A stretch of 64,000 nucleotides of DNA from Myxococcales bacterium (GTDB lineage: Bacteria; Myxococcota; Myxococcia; Myxococcales; 40CM-4-68-19). Positions 20,216 through 30,688 of the stretch are shown one piece after another. Under the pieces are notes generated by a model, which was not told where the DNA came from, ran no database searches, and worked only from the letters and a program-made list of their open reading frames with translations. Every line of letters begins with the position of its first letter. Within the stretch, counting starts at the first letter, position 1. The position numbers and the translations under genes were made by a program. Location: the NCBI GenBank assembly GCA_036513415.1, contig DATBZA010000137.1:17593-81592 (forward strand), in the 5' to 3' direction.

Positions 20216-20866
20216 TTGGTTCCCGACGATACGCAGGTCCCGCCGGACGCGGCGGTGGACGAGCAGAGGGCGGTGCCGGAATCCGGCGCCGATTCCGGGG
20301 GGTCCACCAGCGCCGAAGGGTTGCAGAAAAAGCTCGCCGTGGTGGAAGCGCAGCTCGAGGAGTCCTTCAAGCGCGCCAGGGAGACGGGAGATCGGCTGAA
20401 AGAGACCCACGACCGCCTGCTGCGCACCGCGGCCGAGTTCGACAACTTCAAGAAGCGCGCCGTGAAGGAAAAGGAGGACGTGCAGCGGTTCGGCATCGAG
20501 CGGCTGCTCAAGGATTTCCTGCCGGTGATGGACAATCTGGAGCGCGCGCTCGATCACGCCGAGCAGCACGACCTGGCGCAGGTCATCGAAGGCATCCGCC
20601 TGGTGCAGAAGCTCTTCGAGACCACGCTGGCGAAGCACGGAGTGGTCGGTTTCTCCGCCCTGGGCAAGCCGTTCGACCCGGGCGTGCACGAGGCGCTGAT
20701 GCAGCAGGAGAGCGACGAGCCGGCCGGGACCGTGGTCTCGGAGATGGCCAAGGGCTACAAGCTCAACGACCGGCTGGTCCGGCCCGCCGCGGTCGTGGTG
20801 GCCAAATCTCGCACACCGGCCGCGGCCAACACGCCGACGAATCCTGAGGGTGGGGGACAGGGCTGA
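20216..20866 (+). CDS. grpE: Nucleotide exchange factor GrpE
   Basis: AEFDNFKKR, LLPVMDNLERAL and FDP..HEA motifs. TTG start is preceded by GAAGGAG. Confidence 0.92.
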   Translation: MVPDDTQVPPDAAVDEQRAVPESGADSGGSTSAEGLQKKLAVVEAQLEESFKRARETGDRLKETHDRLLRTAAEFDNFKKRAVKEKEDVQRFGIERLLKDFLPVMDNLERALDHAEQHDLAQVIEGIRLVQKLFETTLAKHGVVGFSALGKPFDPGVHEALMQQESDEPAGTVVSEMAKGYKLNDRLVRPAAVVVAKSRTPAAANTPTNPEGGGQG

Positions 20867-20948
20867 ACTCTCCCACGCGCCCAGATTGCCATTTGTTTCT
20901 AAACCACGCGGGCCTTGAGGTACAACGGATCGGGGGAGAGCCTTTTCA

Positions 20949-22832
<1,884 letters not shown>

Positions 22833-23025
22833 GATCAGACGCCGAGCACGCCGAGCACGCCGAGGTCGGGGGGGTTGATCATCTCGCCAGCCGCGGCGAT
22901 CGGAGTGTTTCCCAACGGTCGGGAATGGCTCCGCCGACCGGATGACCACCCAACCAACCCCCAAAAACCGATCACTTGAGCCTGCTTTTCCGTCTCGGCG
23001 TGCTCGGCGTGCTCGGCGGTTGATC
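22833..23025. repeat. 193-bp MITE-like element with 32-nt terminal inverted repeats (copy A)
   Basis: Left arm GATCAGACGCCGAGCACGCCGAGCACGCCGAG and right arm CTCGGCGTGCTCGGCGTGCTCGGCGGTTGATC pair at 30/32 positions. The interior is homologous to the reverse complement of the 41515-41689 copy. No ORF. Confidence 0.7.
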
Positions 23026-23058
23026 TGGAGCGCCCGGTTCGCATTTCTCTCTGGAGGA

Positions 23059-23086
23059 TTGACAGATCGCCAAATGTTCTTACGTT
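23059..23086 (+). promoter_or_regulatory. Candidate promoter of dnaJ (TTGACA-N16-TACGTT)
   Basis: ggaTTGACAgatcgccaaatgttctTACGTTag in an AT-rich patch, 43 nt upstream of the dnaJ ATG. Confidence 0.4.
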
Positions 23087-23128
23087 AGACGAGGGCCGGC
23101 GAGCGCCTGGTTGCCTGCCCGAGGAGCG

Positions 23129-24274
23129 ATGGTGTCCCAGAAGCGCGATTACTACGAAGTCCTCGGGGTCTCTCGCACGGCCACCCCCCAGGAGCTGAAG
23201 AGCGCCTTCCGCAAGCTGGCCCTGCAGCACCACCCGGACAAGAACCCGGGCGACAAGCTGTCCGAGGACAAGTTCAAGGAATGCTCCGAGGCGTACGAAG
23301 TGCTCGCCGACACGGAGAAGCGCGCCCGCTACGACCGCTTTGGCCACCAGGCGCCCGGCGGGTTCGGTCCCAGCCCGTTCGAGAGCGGGTTCAGCGGGAA
23401 CATCAACGACATCTTCGGGGACATCTTCGGCGAGATCTTCGGCCAGCGCGGCCGCCAGCGCGGAGGGCGCCAGCGTGGAGCCGACCTCCGCTACAACCTG
23501 GAAGTGACCTTCGCCGAGGCCGCCTTCGGCACCGAGGCCAAGGTGAAGATCCCGCGGCACAAGCAGTGCGCGACCTGCCATGGATCCGGGGCCAGGCCGG
23601 GCACCAGCCCGAAGACCTGCCCCACCTGCAACGGTGCGGGCGAGCTCCGGATGACACAGGGATTCTTCCAGATCTCGCGTACTTGCGGCCATTGCCAGGG
23701 CACGGGCAAGGTGATCACCGACCCCTGCGCCACCTGCCGGGGAGCCGGAAAGGTCGACACCGAGAGCGTGCTCACGGTCAAGGTCCCGCCCGGCGTCGAT
23801 ACCGGCACCCGCCTCAAGCTGACGGGCGAAGGCGAGCCGGGCGAGCGGGGCGGCCCTCCGGGGGACCTCTACGTGGTGGTGCACGTCCACGAGCACCCGA
23901 TCTTCATCCGCGAGGACACCGAGGTCATCTGCGAGGTTCCCATCAGCTTCACCCAGGCCGCGCTGGGCTCGACCATCGAGGTGCCCACGCTGGACGGCAA
24001 GGTGAAGATGAAGATCCCCTCCGGAACGCAGAGCGGCAAGGTGTTCCGGCTGAGGGGCAAGGGCATTCCGCACCTGAACGGCTACCAGCGCGGCGATCAG
24101 CACGTGCGCGTGACGGTCGAGGTGCCGGAGAAGCTGACGAAGAAGGAGCGCGAGCTGCTCGAGCAGTTCGCCGCCCTGGCCGGCGAGGACGCCCACCCGC
24201 AGTCGAAGTCGTTCTTCGCCAAGGTGCGGGAGCTGTTCGGGGCGGAGGAGTCGGAAGAGGAAGCTACCGGGTAA
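23129..24274 (+). CDS. dnaJ: Co-chaperone DnaJ
   Basis: J-domain DYYEVLGV...HPDKN, a G/F region, and four CxxCxGxG zinc repeats. GAGGAG RBS lies before the ATG at 23129. Confidence 0.96.
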   Translation: MVSQKRDYYEVLGVSRTATPQELKSAFRKLALQHHPDKNPGDKLSEDKFKECSEAYEVLADTEKRARYDRFGHQAPGGFGPSPFESGFSGNINDIFGDIFGEIFGQRGRQRGGRQRGADLRYNLEVTFAEAAFGTEAKVKIPRHKQCATCHGSGARPGTSPKTCPTCNGAGELRMTQGFFQISRTCGHCQGTGKVITDPCATCRGAGKVDTESVLTVKVPPGVDTGTRLKLTGEGEPGERGGPPGDLYVVVHVHEHPIFIREDTEVICEVPISFTQAALGSTIEVPTLDGKVKMKIPSGTQSGKVFRLRGKGIPHLNGYQRGDQHVRVTVEVPEKLTKKERELLEQFAALAGEDAHPQSKSFFAKVRELFGAEESEEEATG

Positions 24275-24341
24275 TCTGACCCGGCCTCCAGCGACGTAGC
24301 CGCCACCTTCTCGGCAGCGCGCATCACTGCCACATATCGCG

Positions 24342-24368
24342 TAACCTGCGCTGGCGCTCCGGCGTAAG
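24342..24368 (+). promoter_or_regulatory. Possible ECF-type autoregulated promoter (GTAAC-N17-CGTAA)
   Basis: cGTAACctgcgctggcgctccggCGTAAgg ends 7 nt before the sigma-factor ATG. It resembles the generic AAC-N16/17-CGT ECF pattern. Confidence 0.3.
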
Positions 24369-24374
24369 GCCTGG

Positions 24375-24914
24375 ATGGGACCGACAGACGAAGAGCTGAT
24401 GTCGGCCTACGTCGCGGGCAGCGCCCGCGCGTTCGAGGGCCTCTTCGCCCGGCTCGCGCCCAGGGTGCACGCGTTCTTCCTGCGCTCGTTCCGGAATGAG
24501 GCGGTGGCGGATGATCTATTGCAGGTCACGTTCATGAAGGTGCACCGGGCCCGGGCGCAGTACCGGCCAGAGCTGAAGCTGATGCCGTGGCTCTTCGCGG
24601 TGGCTGCGCGGGTGCGCCTCGACGAGCTTCGCCGGCGGCTGCGGCTGCCGGAGGACGCGGACGAGGAGGCGGTCGCGCGCGCGGACGAGCGGGCGCCGCG
24701 GGAGCCGCCACAGAGCACGGACCTGAGGGACGCGGTGCGCGCGGCGCTGGACGCCCTGCCCGAATCGCAACGGACGGTGATCCATTTGCACCGCTACGAG
24801 GGATTGACGTTCGCGGAGATCTCCCGCGTCCTGGGCACGACGCCGGGCGCGGTGAAGCTGCGCGCCTTCCGCGGCTACGAGACGCTGCGCGAGCGGCTGA
24901 AGGGGCTCTTGTGA
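24375..24914 (+). CDS. ECF-family RNA polymerase sigma factor
   Basis: Region 2 (DDLLQVTFMKVHR) and region 4 HTH (LTFAEISRVLGTTPGAVKLRAFRG). 179 aa. Confidence 0.9.
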   Translation: MGPTDEELMSAYVAGSARAFEGLFARLAPRVHAFFLRSFRNEAVADDLLQVTFMKVHRARAQYRPELKLMPWLFAVAARVRLDELRRRLRLPEDADEEAVARADERAPREPPQSTDLRDAVRAALDALPESQRTVIHLHRYEGLTFAEISRVLGTTPGAVKLRAFRGYETLRERLKGLL

Positions 24915-25657
24915 GTGCCTGCGACGAGCTTCGTCCGAATGCCGCCGGGATTGCGGCGCTGCCGGCGGGCGACCCGGAGCGGGAGGCCTATCTGGCGCAC
25001 GCGCGCGACTGCGCCGGCTGCATGGAGGCGCTGCGCGAGGGCGAGAAAGTGGTGGCCGCGCTCGGGAGCGCTGGATTGCCTCCTCCGTCCTCGCGCGCCC
25101 TGCAGCGCGCTTCGGCGCCCATTCTCGCCGAGCTGGCCCCCTCCCGCTGGCGGCTGCGGGCGGCGGCCGTGCTGGCCGGGTTCGCGGTCCCGATCCTGTT
25201 CTCCAGCGACCGGGACTGGGAGGGTTGGGCGGCAGCCTTGCTGGCCCTGGTGCTCGCGACCGTCCTCAGCGCCACCGCGGGCGCGGTCCGGGCGGGCGCC
25301 TGGGTCGCGCTCGCCGCCTCCGCCGGCTTCGCCATCGCCGCGGGTGGCATCCCGGGGTTCGCCGGGATCGGCGAAGGACTGGCGGCGCGGGCCGGACTGG
25401 GCTGCTTCGGTCTGGAGATGCTCGGCGCCGCGATGGCGGCGGGCGCGGTGTTGTGGCGGGAAGGGCGCAGCGCGCGATCGCTCCCCGCCGTCGCCGCCGC
25501 GGGTGCCCTGGCGGCGCAGGCGGCGCTGCACATCACCTGCGAAGCCCACGACCAGGCGACCCATCTCTGGGTGTTTCACGTCGGGGCGGTCGCGGCCGCG
25601 GCGCTCGCCGGGTGGGCCGTGCAATCGCGGCTCTATCCGAGCAGGGCACGGATCTGA
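24911..25657 (+). CDS. Putative membrane anti-sigma factor (zf-HC2-like N-terminus, polytopic C-terminus)
   Basis: GTG start overlaps the sigma-factor stop (GTGA). HARDCAGC matches H-x3-C-x2-C. About 6 predicted Ala/Gly-rich TM helices follow. Confidence 0.7.
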   Translation: MSACDELRPNAAGIAALPAGDPEREAYLAHARDCAGCMEALREGEKVVAALGSAGLPPPSSRALQRASAPILAELAPSRWRLRAAAVLAGFAVPILFSSDRDWEGWAAALLALVLATVLSATAGAVRAGAWVALAASAGFAIAAGGIPGFAGIGEGLAARAGLGCFGLEMLGAAMAAGAVLWREGRSARSLPAVAAAGALAAQAALHITCEAHDQATHLWVFHVGAVAAAALAGWAVQSRLYPSRARI

Positions 25658-26127
25658 TCCGCCGAGAGCTCTTCGGGCCAGCCCCGGAAGGGGCCCGCGT
25701 ACAATGCAGGTTCCGCGAGCGCCACCACCCAGGTGGCCACCCGACCGATCGCGAGCGGCCAGCGGGGCGTGAAGCGCGCCTTCTCCACCACGAAGTCGCG
25801 CTCTTCCGGGGACACGGACCGTTCGTACAACGCCAGCTGGAGCGCCTGGACCTGGCCCCTCACGCGAGCGCTCATCGAGACCGCGCGCTCGCGCAGGAGC
25901 TGCGCCCGGCGCGCGAATTCGACGCCGGGGACGCGCTCGCCAGACACGATGGCGACGATCTGTAGCGTGGTGTGGAGGTCGCCTGCCCAGATCTCGTCGT
26001 AGTGCGGCAAGCCGGCCATCGCCTCCACCGCCGCCCGGGCGGTGGGCTCGGCCGATTCGGGATGGAGGCGGATGAGGCCTGACGACTTCAGGAACTGCTC
26101 GAGCTTCGGCAGCCAGGCGCTCTTCAT
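25633..26127 (-). CDS. Hypothetical protein (164 aa)
   Basis: MKSAWLPKLEQFLKSSGLIRL... has balanced composition. Its ATG overlaps the rimO stop by 1 nt (TGATG). The rest of the 473-aa ORF is rimO out of frame. Confidence 0.6.
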   Translation of the reverse strand: MKSAWLPKLEQFLKSSGLIRLHPESAEPTARAAVEAMAGLPHYDEIWAGDLHTTLQIVAIVSGERVPGVEFARRAQLLRERAVSMSARVRGQVQALQLALYERSVSPEERDFVVEKARFTPRWPLAIGRVATWVVALAEPALYAGPFRGWPEELSADQIRALLG

Positions 26128-27542
26128 CAGTGCGAAAGGATGGGGAAGCGCGGCCGCTGCGGAGCGGGCCGGGGCGCGCCGGCCGCCTTCGCCGGCCCTT
26201 CCGCGCCGGCGATTCCGCCCACCAGATCGTAGTCGCCGGCCTGCTCGATCTCGACCCGGACGATTTCGCCCGGGCGGGCCTCCCCGCGGTTGACGTACAC
26301 CTTGCCGTCGATCTCGGGCGCCTGGCCCATCCAGCGCCCTTCGAGCAGCAGGTCCGTCTCCTCCGAGACGCCTTCCACCAGGACGTCGATCGTGCGGCCG
26401 ACCAATTCCTGTTGGTGCCGCTTGCTGATCTTCCGCTGGATCCCGAGCAGGGTCTTCTGGCGCTGCGCCTTGACGCGCTGGGGCAGCTGCCCGTCGAGGT
26501 CGTGCGACTCGGTGCCCTCCTCGCGCGAGAACTGGAAGACGCCGACCTTCTCGAAGCGCATCTCCTCGACGAAGTCGAGGAGCTCGCGGAACTGCTCGTC
26601 GGTCTCGCCCGGGAAACCGACGATGAAGCTGGTCCGGAACGTGAGATCCGGCACCCGGTCCCGGATCTTGCGCACGAGCCGCCGCACCCAGGCGGCATCG
26701 CGCCCCCGCTTCATCCGCCGCAGCACCGGATCGCTGATGTGCTGCAGCGGCATGTCCAGGTAGCGCGCGAGGTTCGGCTGCGTCGCCAGGGCATCGATCA
26801 GGGCCTCGGGGAAATCGCGCGGATAGGCATAGTGCAGTCGGATCCACCGGGCCGGCACTTCGCCGAGCGCCTGCAGCAGCTCGTGCAGCTTGGGGCGGCC
26901 AGGCAGATCGTGGCCGTACGCGGTGAGGTCCTGCGCAACCAGGTTCAGCTCGACCGCGCCCTCTTGGACCAGCCGGTGGGCCTCCGCCACGATGTCCGCG
27001 ATGGGGCGGGAGCGCTGCAGCCCGCGCAGGGTGGGGATGATGCAGAACGTGCACTTGTTGTCGCAGCCCTCGGCGATCTTCACGTACGCGGTCCAGCGCG
27101 GCATCGAATTGCGCCGCGGCGTGCGGCTGTCCGCGATGTAATCGGGGTCCGGGATGACGGCGCGGTCGCGCTCACCCTTGAGGATCTGCGCGATGCGCGG
27201 GTAGGCTGAGGTCCCGACGAAGTGATCGACCTCGGGCATCTCCTGCTGGAGCACGTCCGCATAGCGCTGCGTGAGGCATCCCGCGACCACCAGCGCCTTG
27301 CAGCGGCCGGTTTCCTTGAGCTGGGCGTGCTCCAGGATGGCGTCGATCGACTCTTGCTTGGCCTCCCCGATGAAGGCGCAGGAGTTGATCAGGATCACCT
27401 CCGCGTCCCGCGCCTCGTCCACCAGCTTGTACCCCTCGTCGAGCAAGCTGCCGAGCATGACCTCGCTGTCCACCCGGTTCTTCGGGCAGCCGAGCGAGAG
27501 CAGGTAGAGCGACGGGTTTGCAGAAAGGGCGGTCTTTTGCAT
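26127..27542 (-). CDS. rimO: Ribosomal protein S12 methylthiotransferase RimO
   Basis: MTTase N-domain SLGCPKNRVDSE, radical-SAM CDNKCTFCIIP, and a C-terminal TRAM-like end. Start at MQKTALS (27542). Confidence 0.92.
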   Translation of the reverse strand: MQKTALSANPSLYLLSLGCPKNRVDSEVMLGSLLDEGYKLVDEARDAEVILINSCAFIGEAKQESIDAILEHAQLKETGRCKALVVAGCLTQRYADVLQQEMPEVDHFVGTSAYPRIAQILKGERDRAVIPDPDYIADSRTPRRNSMPRWTAYVKIAEGCDNKCTFCIIPTLRGLQRSRPIADIVAEAHRLVQEGAVELNLVAQDLTAYGHDLPGRPKLHELLQALGEVPARWIRLHYAYPRDFPEALIDALATQPNLARYLDMPLQHISDPVLRRMKRGRDAAWVRRLVRKIRDRVPDLTFRTSFIVGFPGETDEQFRELLDFVEEMRFEKVGVFQFSREEGTESHDLDGQLPQRVKAQRQKTLLGIQRKISKRHQQELVGRTIDVLVEGVSEETDLLLEGRWMGQAPEIDGKVYVNRGEARPGEIVRVEIEQAGDYDLVGGIAGAEGPAKAAGAPRPAPQRPRFPILSH

Positions 27543-27843
27543 CCAGGGGTCCGGCGAAGGGGCCCCCGTATAACAGACTCCGCGCCGGGATTCAGCCCAG
27601 GTCGCCCAAGCCCACGAGGAGCTGGAATCTCGGGCTCGTTCATCCCCTGAAAGCCCGAGTCCTCGGGTACCGGTCCGGGAGCTTGGCGCAGTCGCACAGC
27701 TACCCCACGTTGGGCTGTTACCGCAGCCGGCACAGAACCCGCGCGTGGCGGTTGCGCACCGGTTGAACCGTGTGAGGCGAAGGGGCTGGGGCTGAAGAGC
27801 CCGAGATCCAATTTGCCGTGTAGCGTGCCGGATGGCCGTGTCG

Positions 27844-27877
27844 GGTCCGACCGCTGTTGGGGTCCGACCGCTCTTGG
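27844..27877. repeat. Tandem 17-mer direct repeat (GGTCCGACCGCTGTTGG / GGTCCGACCGCTCTTGG)
   Basis: Two adjacent 17-nt units differing at one position, read directly from the sequence. Confidence 0.9.
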
Positions 27878-27961
27878 CTGTTCGGATAATGAGCCGGTGC
27901 GTCCTTGGGTGCCGGTGATGGTCAAGGCACATTTTGGGGTTGGCCGCGCACCTCCGAGGCG

Positions 27962-27983
27962 CTGGTTCAACCGGTTGAACCAG
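27962..27983. promoter_or_regulatory. 22-bp perfect palindrome CTGGTTCAACCGGTTGAACCAG (candidate operator)
   Basis: Perfect dyad. The half-site CCGGTTGAACC recurs at 27759-27769. Confidence 0.45.
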
Positions 27984-28339
27984 TCCGGTTCCCGCCATGA
28001 AGGTCCGACGGCACGGAAGAAAATCCGGCCAACCTTTGCTCACGTACGAACGTCGGATGATAGATGCCCGATTCCGCTCTGGGCGTCGCCCCTCCGGATC
28101 GCCGAGGCAGCCGCCTGCGAAGCGGTGTCCTTCCCCCTGCTCGCCGGATTTCGACCGGATAGATATGACGCAGTGCGGCCCGTCCCGGAACGAGTTCACT
28201 ATGCGACACACTATGAGGAGCCCGGAGCACAGGACTCCGTGTGCTGGTCCCGCGGCACCGTCGATCCATCGCCGGGAGCCGCTTCGGCGCAGCGAACACG
28301 CCGAGCACCGCGCTCGGCCCGCAACCAGCACCGACGACG

Positions 28340-28412
28340 AACTCATCCCCCTTCGGCGGCAGGTCGTGTCTGAGGCTCAGGCGTAGCCGCAAAGCCGCCT
28401 TCGGCGGCAGCG
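28340..28412. repeat. REP-like hairpin repeat; likely also the yajQ terminator
   Basis: Reverse complement reads GCCGCCGAAGGCGGCTTTGCGGCTACGCCTGAGCCTCAGACACG, matching the units at 44718-44805. The GCCGCC-ttcg-GGCGGC stem lies directly after the yajQ stop. Confidence 0.6.
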
Positions 28413-28413
28413 G

Positions 28414-28911
28414 CTAGTCGCGGAAATTCTCGAACATCAGATCCAGCTTCAGCTCGTCCTGCTTGCCGCGCGCCAGCTGGATTGCGCTCTGCAGATCGTC
28501 GCGGCTCTTCCCGGAGACGCGGACGGCGTCGCCCTGGATGGAACCCTGGACCTTGAGTTTGCTGTCCTTGATCGCCTTGACGATGGCTTTCGCCTTCTCG
28601 ATCTCGATCCCCTGCACGAAGCTGAGCACCTGGGAGACGTGCTTGCCGCTCTGCTCGATCGCGCCGTACTTGAGGCCGCGCAGCGGCACCCCGCGCTTCG
28701 CCATCTTCTCCACCAGCACCGTGCGCGCGGCCTCCAGGCGCTGCTCGGTGGTGCTGCGGATCTTCAGCCCTTTCTCGGGCGCGCTGACTTTCTCGAGCGA
28801 TGTCTCCGTGCCTTTGAAGTCGTAGCGCTGGTCGATCTCCTTCTTCGCCTGCTGGAAGGCGTTGTCGACTTCCTGCTCGTTCACCTTGCTGACGATGTCG
28901 AGGCTCGGCAT
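28414..28911 (-). CDS. yajQ: YajQ family nucleotide/c-di-GMP-binding protein
   Basis: MPSLDIVSKVNEQEVDNAFQQAKKEIDQRYDFKG is the characteristic YajQ N-terminus. 165 aa. Confidence 0.9.
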   Translation of the reverse strand: MPSLDIVSKVNEQEVDNAFQQAKKEIDQRYDFKGTETSLEKVSAPEKGLKIRSTTEQRLEAARTVLVEKMAKRGVPLRGLKYGAIEQSGKHVSQVLSFVQGIEIEKAKAIVKAIKDSKLKVQGSIQGDAVRVSGKSRDDLQSAIQLARGKQDELKLDLMFENFRD

Positions 28912-28912
28912 G

Positions 28913-30598
28913 TCACATCTCCAGGACGACCGGCAGCACCATCGGCCGCCTCTCCAGGCCTTTCTTCCACACCGAGCGTACCGCGCGGCGCAGGGCCTCC
29001 TCCACGATGCCATGATCCGTGCGCTGGGCGGGAGCAAGCTCCCCCAGGGCCTCGAGCGCCGCTTGCCGCGCCTGGGCGAGGCGCGACTCGTCCAGCCCGG
29101 CGACTCCCTTGCCGAACAGCTCCGGACCGCGCACCACCTCGCCGCTCTTGTGGTCGAGCACGCAGAAGCAGACCAGCATCCCAGTCTCCGCCAGGAGCTG
29201 GCGGTCGCGCAGGGTGACCTCGCCTACGTCGGAGAACGCGCCGCGCGCATCGAGATAGAGCCGTCCGGCCGAGACCGCGTACGGAACCACCGCCACAATC
29301 TCGTCCTTGCGCAGCTCCACCGCGTCGCCGTCCTCCGCGATCACGCAGGCGAGGGGATTGACGCCGGCCGCCTCCGCCGTGCGCGCGTGGGCGGCCAGCA
29401 TCCGGTATTCGCCGTGGATGGGCACGAAGCTGCGCGGCCGGACCAGGTCGATCATCATCCGCTGCTCCCCCTGGAAGGCGTGGCCGCTGGTGTGCACCAG
29501 CTCGCCCGAACCGGAGCTCCCCGACAGGACCCGGCAGCCGCGGCGCACCAGATGATCGATGATGTTGCCGATCGCGCGGTCGTTGCCGGGGATCACCCGG
29601 CTGGAGAGGATCACCAGGTCGTTCTTCTCCAGCTGGACCATCGGGTGCTCGCCGAGGGCCAGCCGCGCCAGCGCGCTGCGCGGCTCTCCCTGGGCGCCGG
29701 TGCAGAGGACCACCAGCTCTCGCGGCGAGAAATGCCCGGCCGCCTCGGGATCGACGAACGAGTCCGGCGGGCAGCGGAGGTAGCCCAGGTCCAGGGCCAG
29801 GCGCACGTTGGTCTGCATGGAGCGGCCGAGCATCACGATCTTGCGGTTGTGCGCGAGCGCCGCCCGCAGCACGCTCTGCACCCGGTGGATGTTGGAGCCG
29901 AACATGGCCACCGCGATCCGTCCCTTCGCCAGCGGCCCGGCGAAGATGCGCATCAGTGACTCGCCCACCTCACGCTCGCTGATGCTGGTGCCCTCGCGCT
30001 CGGCGTTGGTCGAGTCGGAGAGGAGGCACGCCACGCCGGTCTCGCCCAGCTCCGCGAAGCGGCGCACGTCCAGCAGCTTCCCGTCCACCGGGCTCCAGTC
30101 GACCTTGAAGTCGCCGGTGTGGATCACCAGACCCGCGTCGGTGAGCAGTGCGTACCCGACCGCATCGGGGACGCTGTGCGGCACTTGCAGCGGCTCGAAG
30201 TCGATGTGGTTCCCCACCATCCCCATGGTGCGGGGCTCGGCGGTTTGCAGGTCCGCGCTGATCCCGTGCTCCGCCAGCTTCTCCTTCACCACCGCGAGCG
30301 TGAACCTGGTCCCGCAGACGGCGGCGTCGGGAAACTCCCGCAGCAGATAGGGCAGCGCGCCGACGTGGTCTTCGTGCGCGTGGGTGAGCAGGATGGCGTC
30401 CAGCTTTCCGGCCGCCTTGAGGTAGGAGAGGTCCGGCGCGATCACCTCGACGCCGAGCGCCTGCTCCGCGTTCGGGAACATCAGGCCGCAATCGATCACC
30501 ACCCGGTCGCCGCCAGACTCGACCACCATGCAATTCATTCCCACTTCTCCCAGCCCGCCGAGCGGAATGATGCGGACCGGAGCGGGCGTGGGCGGCAC
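28913..30598 (-). CDS. rnj: Ribonuclease J
   Basis: Metallo-beta-lactamase HAHEDHVGALP, beta-CASP region and C-terminal domain. 561 aa. Confidence 0.92.
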   Translation of the reverse strand: MPPTPAPVRIIPLGGLGEVGMNCMVVESGGDRVVIDCGLMFPNAEQALGVEVIAPDLSYLKAAGKLDAILLTHAHEDHVGALPYLLREFPDAAVCGTRFTLAVVKEKLAEHGISADLQTAEPRTMGMVGNHIDFEPLQVPHSVPDAVGYALLTDAGLVIHTGDFKVDWSPVDGKLLDVRRFAELGETGVACLLSDSTNAEREGTSISEREVGESLMRIFAGPLAKGRIAVAMFGSNIHRVQSVLRAALAHNRKIVMLGRSMQTNVRLALDLGYLRCPPDSFVDPEAAGHFSPRELVVLCTGAQGEPRSALARLALGEHPMVQLEKNDLVILSSRVIPGNDRAIGNIIDHLVRRGCRVLSGSSGSGELVHTSGHAFQGEQRMMIDLVRPRSFVPIHGEYRMLAAHARTAEAAGVNPLACVIAEDGDAVELRKDEIVAVVPYAVSAGRLYLDARGAFSDVGEVTLRDRQLLAETGMLVCFCVLDHKSGEVVRGPELFGKGVAGLDESRLAQARQAALEALGELAPAQRTDHGIVEEALRRAVRSVWKKGLERRPMVLPVVLEM

Positions 30599-30688
30599 CG
30601 GCGCATCGTAACGTCTTTCGCGCGTGCGCGTCGCGGCGGTGGTTTGAGCGACACCTTCAGCACAAGGTTATGACGTACCCTCCCTGGT

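Larger units (their letters stand above)
27543..28413. other. 871-nt ORF-free, lower-GC intergenic region; candidate ncRNA or regulatory locus
   Basis: Largest gap in the window. All local ORFs are R/P/S-rich junk. AT-rich patches, a palindrome, tandem 17-mers and multiple stem-loops are present. No RNase P, tmRNA or SRP signatures seen. Confidence 0.5.

Noticed and set aside
20867-20948. Independent dnaK promoter (CTTGAG...) in the grpE-dnaK gap
   Set aside because: No acceptable -10 element at suitable spacing before the RBS. dnaK is more simply explained as co-transcribed with grpE.
22833-23025. Repeated GCCGAGCAC motifs as a possible CRISPR array
   Set aside because: Only two tandem 9-mers per arm, arranged as terminal inverted repeats around a unique core. 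There is no repeat-spacer periodicity and there are no cas genes.
27543-28413. Tested whether the large gap encodes RNase P RNA, tmRNA, SRP RNA or a tRNA
   Set aside because: The conserved cores were not found on either strand: GAGGAAAGTCCGGGC / ACAGAACCCGGCTTA pairing context, GGGG...TTCGACGGG with a ...TCCACCA 3' end, and GGTCCGGAAGGAAGCAGC. The ggttcaacc segment is part of a 22-bp palindrome, not a T-arm. An isolated acagaacccgcgcg resemblance at 27733 has no accompanying RNase P elements.
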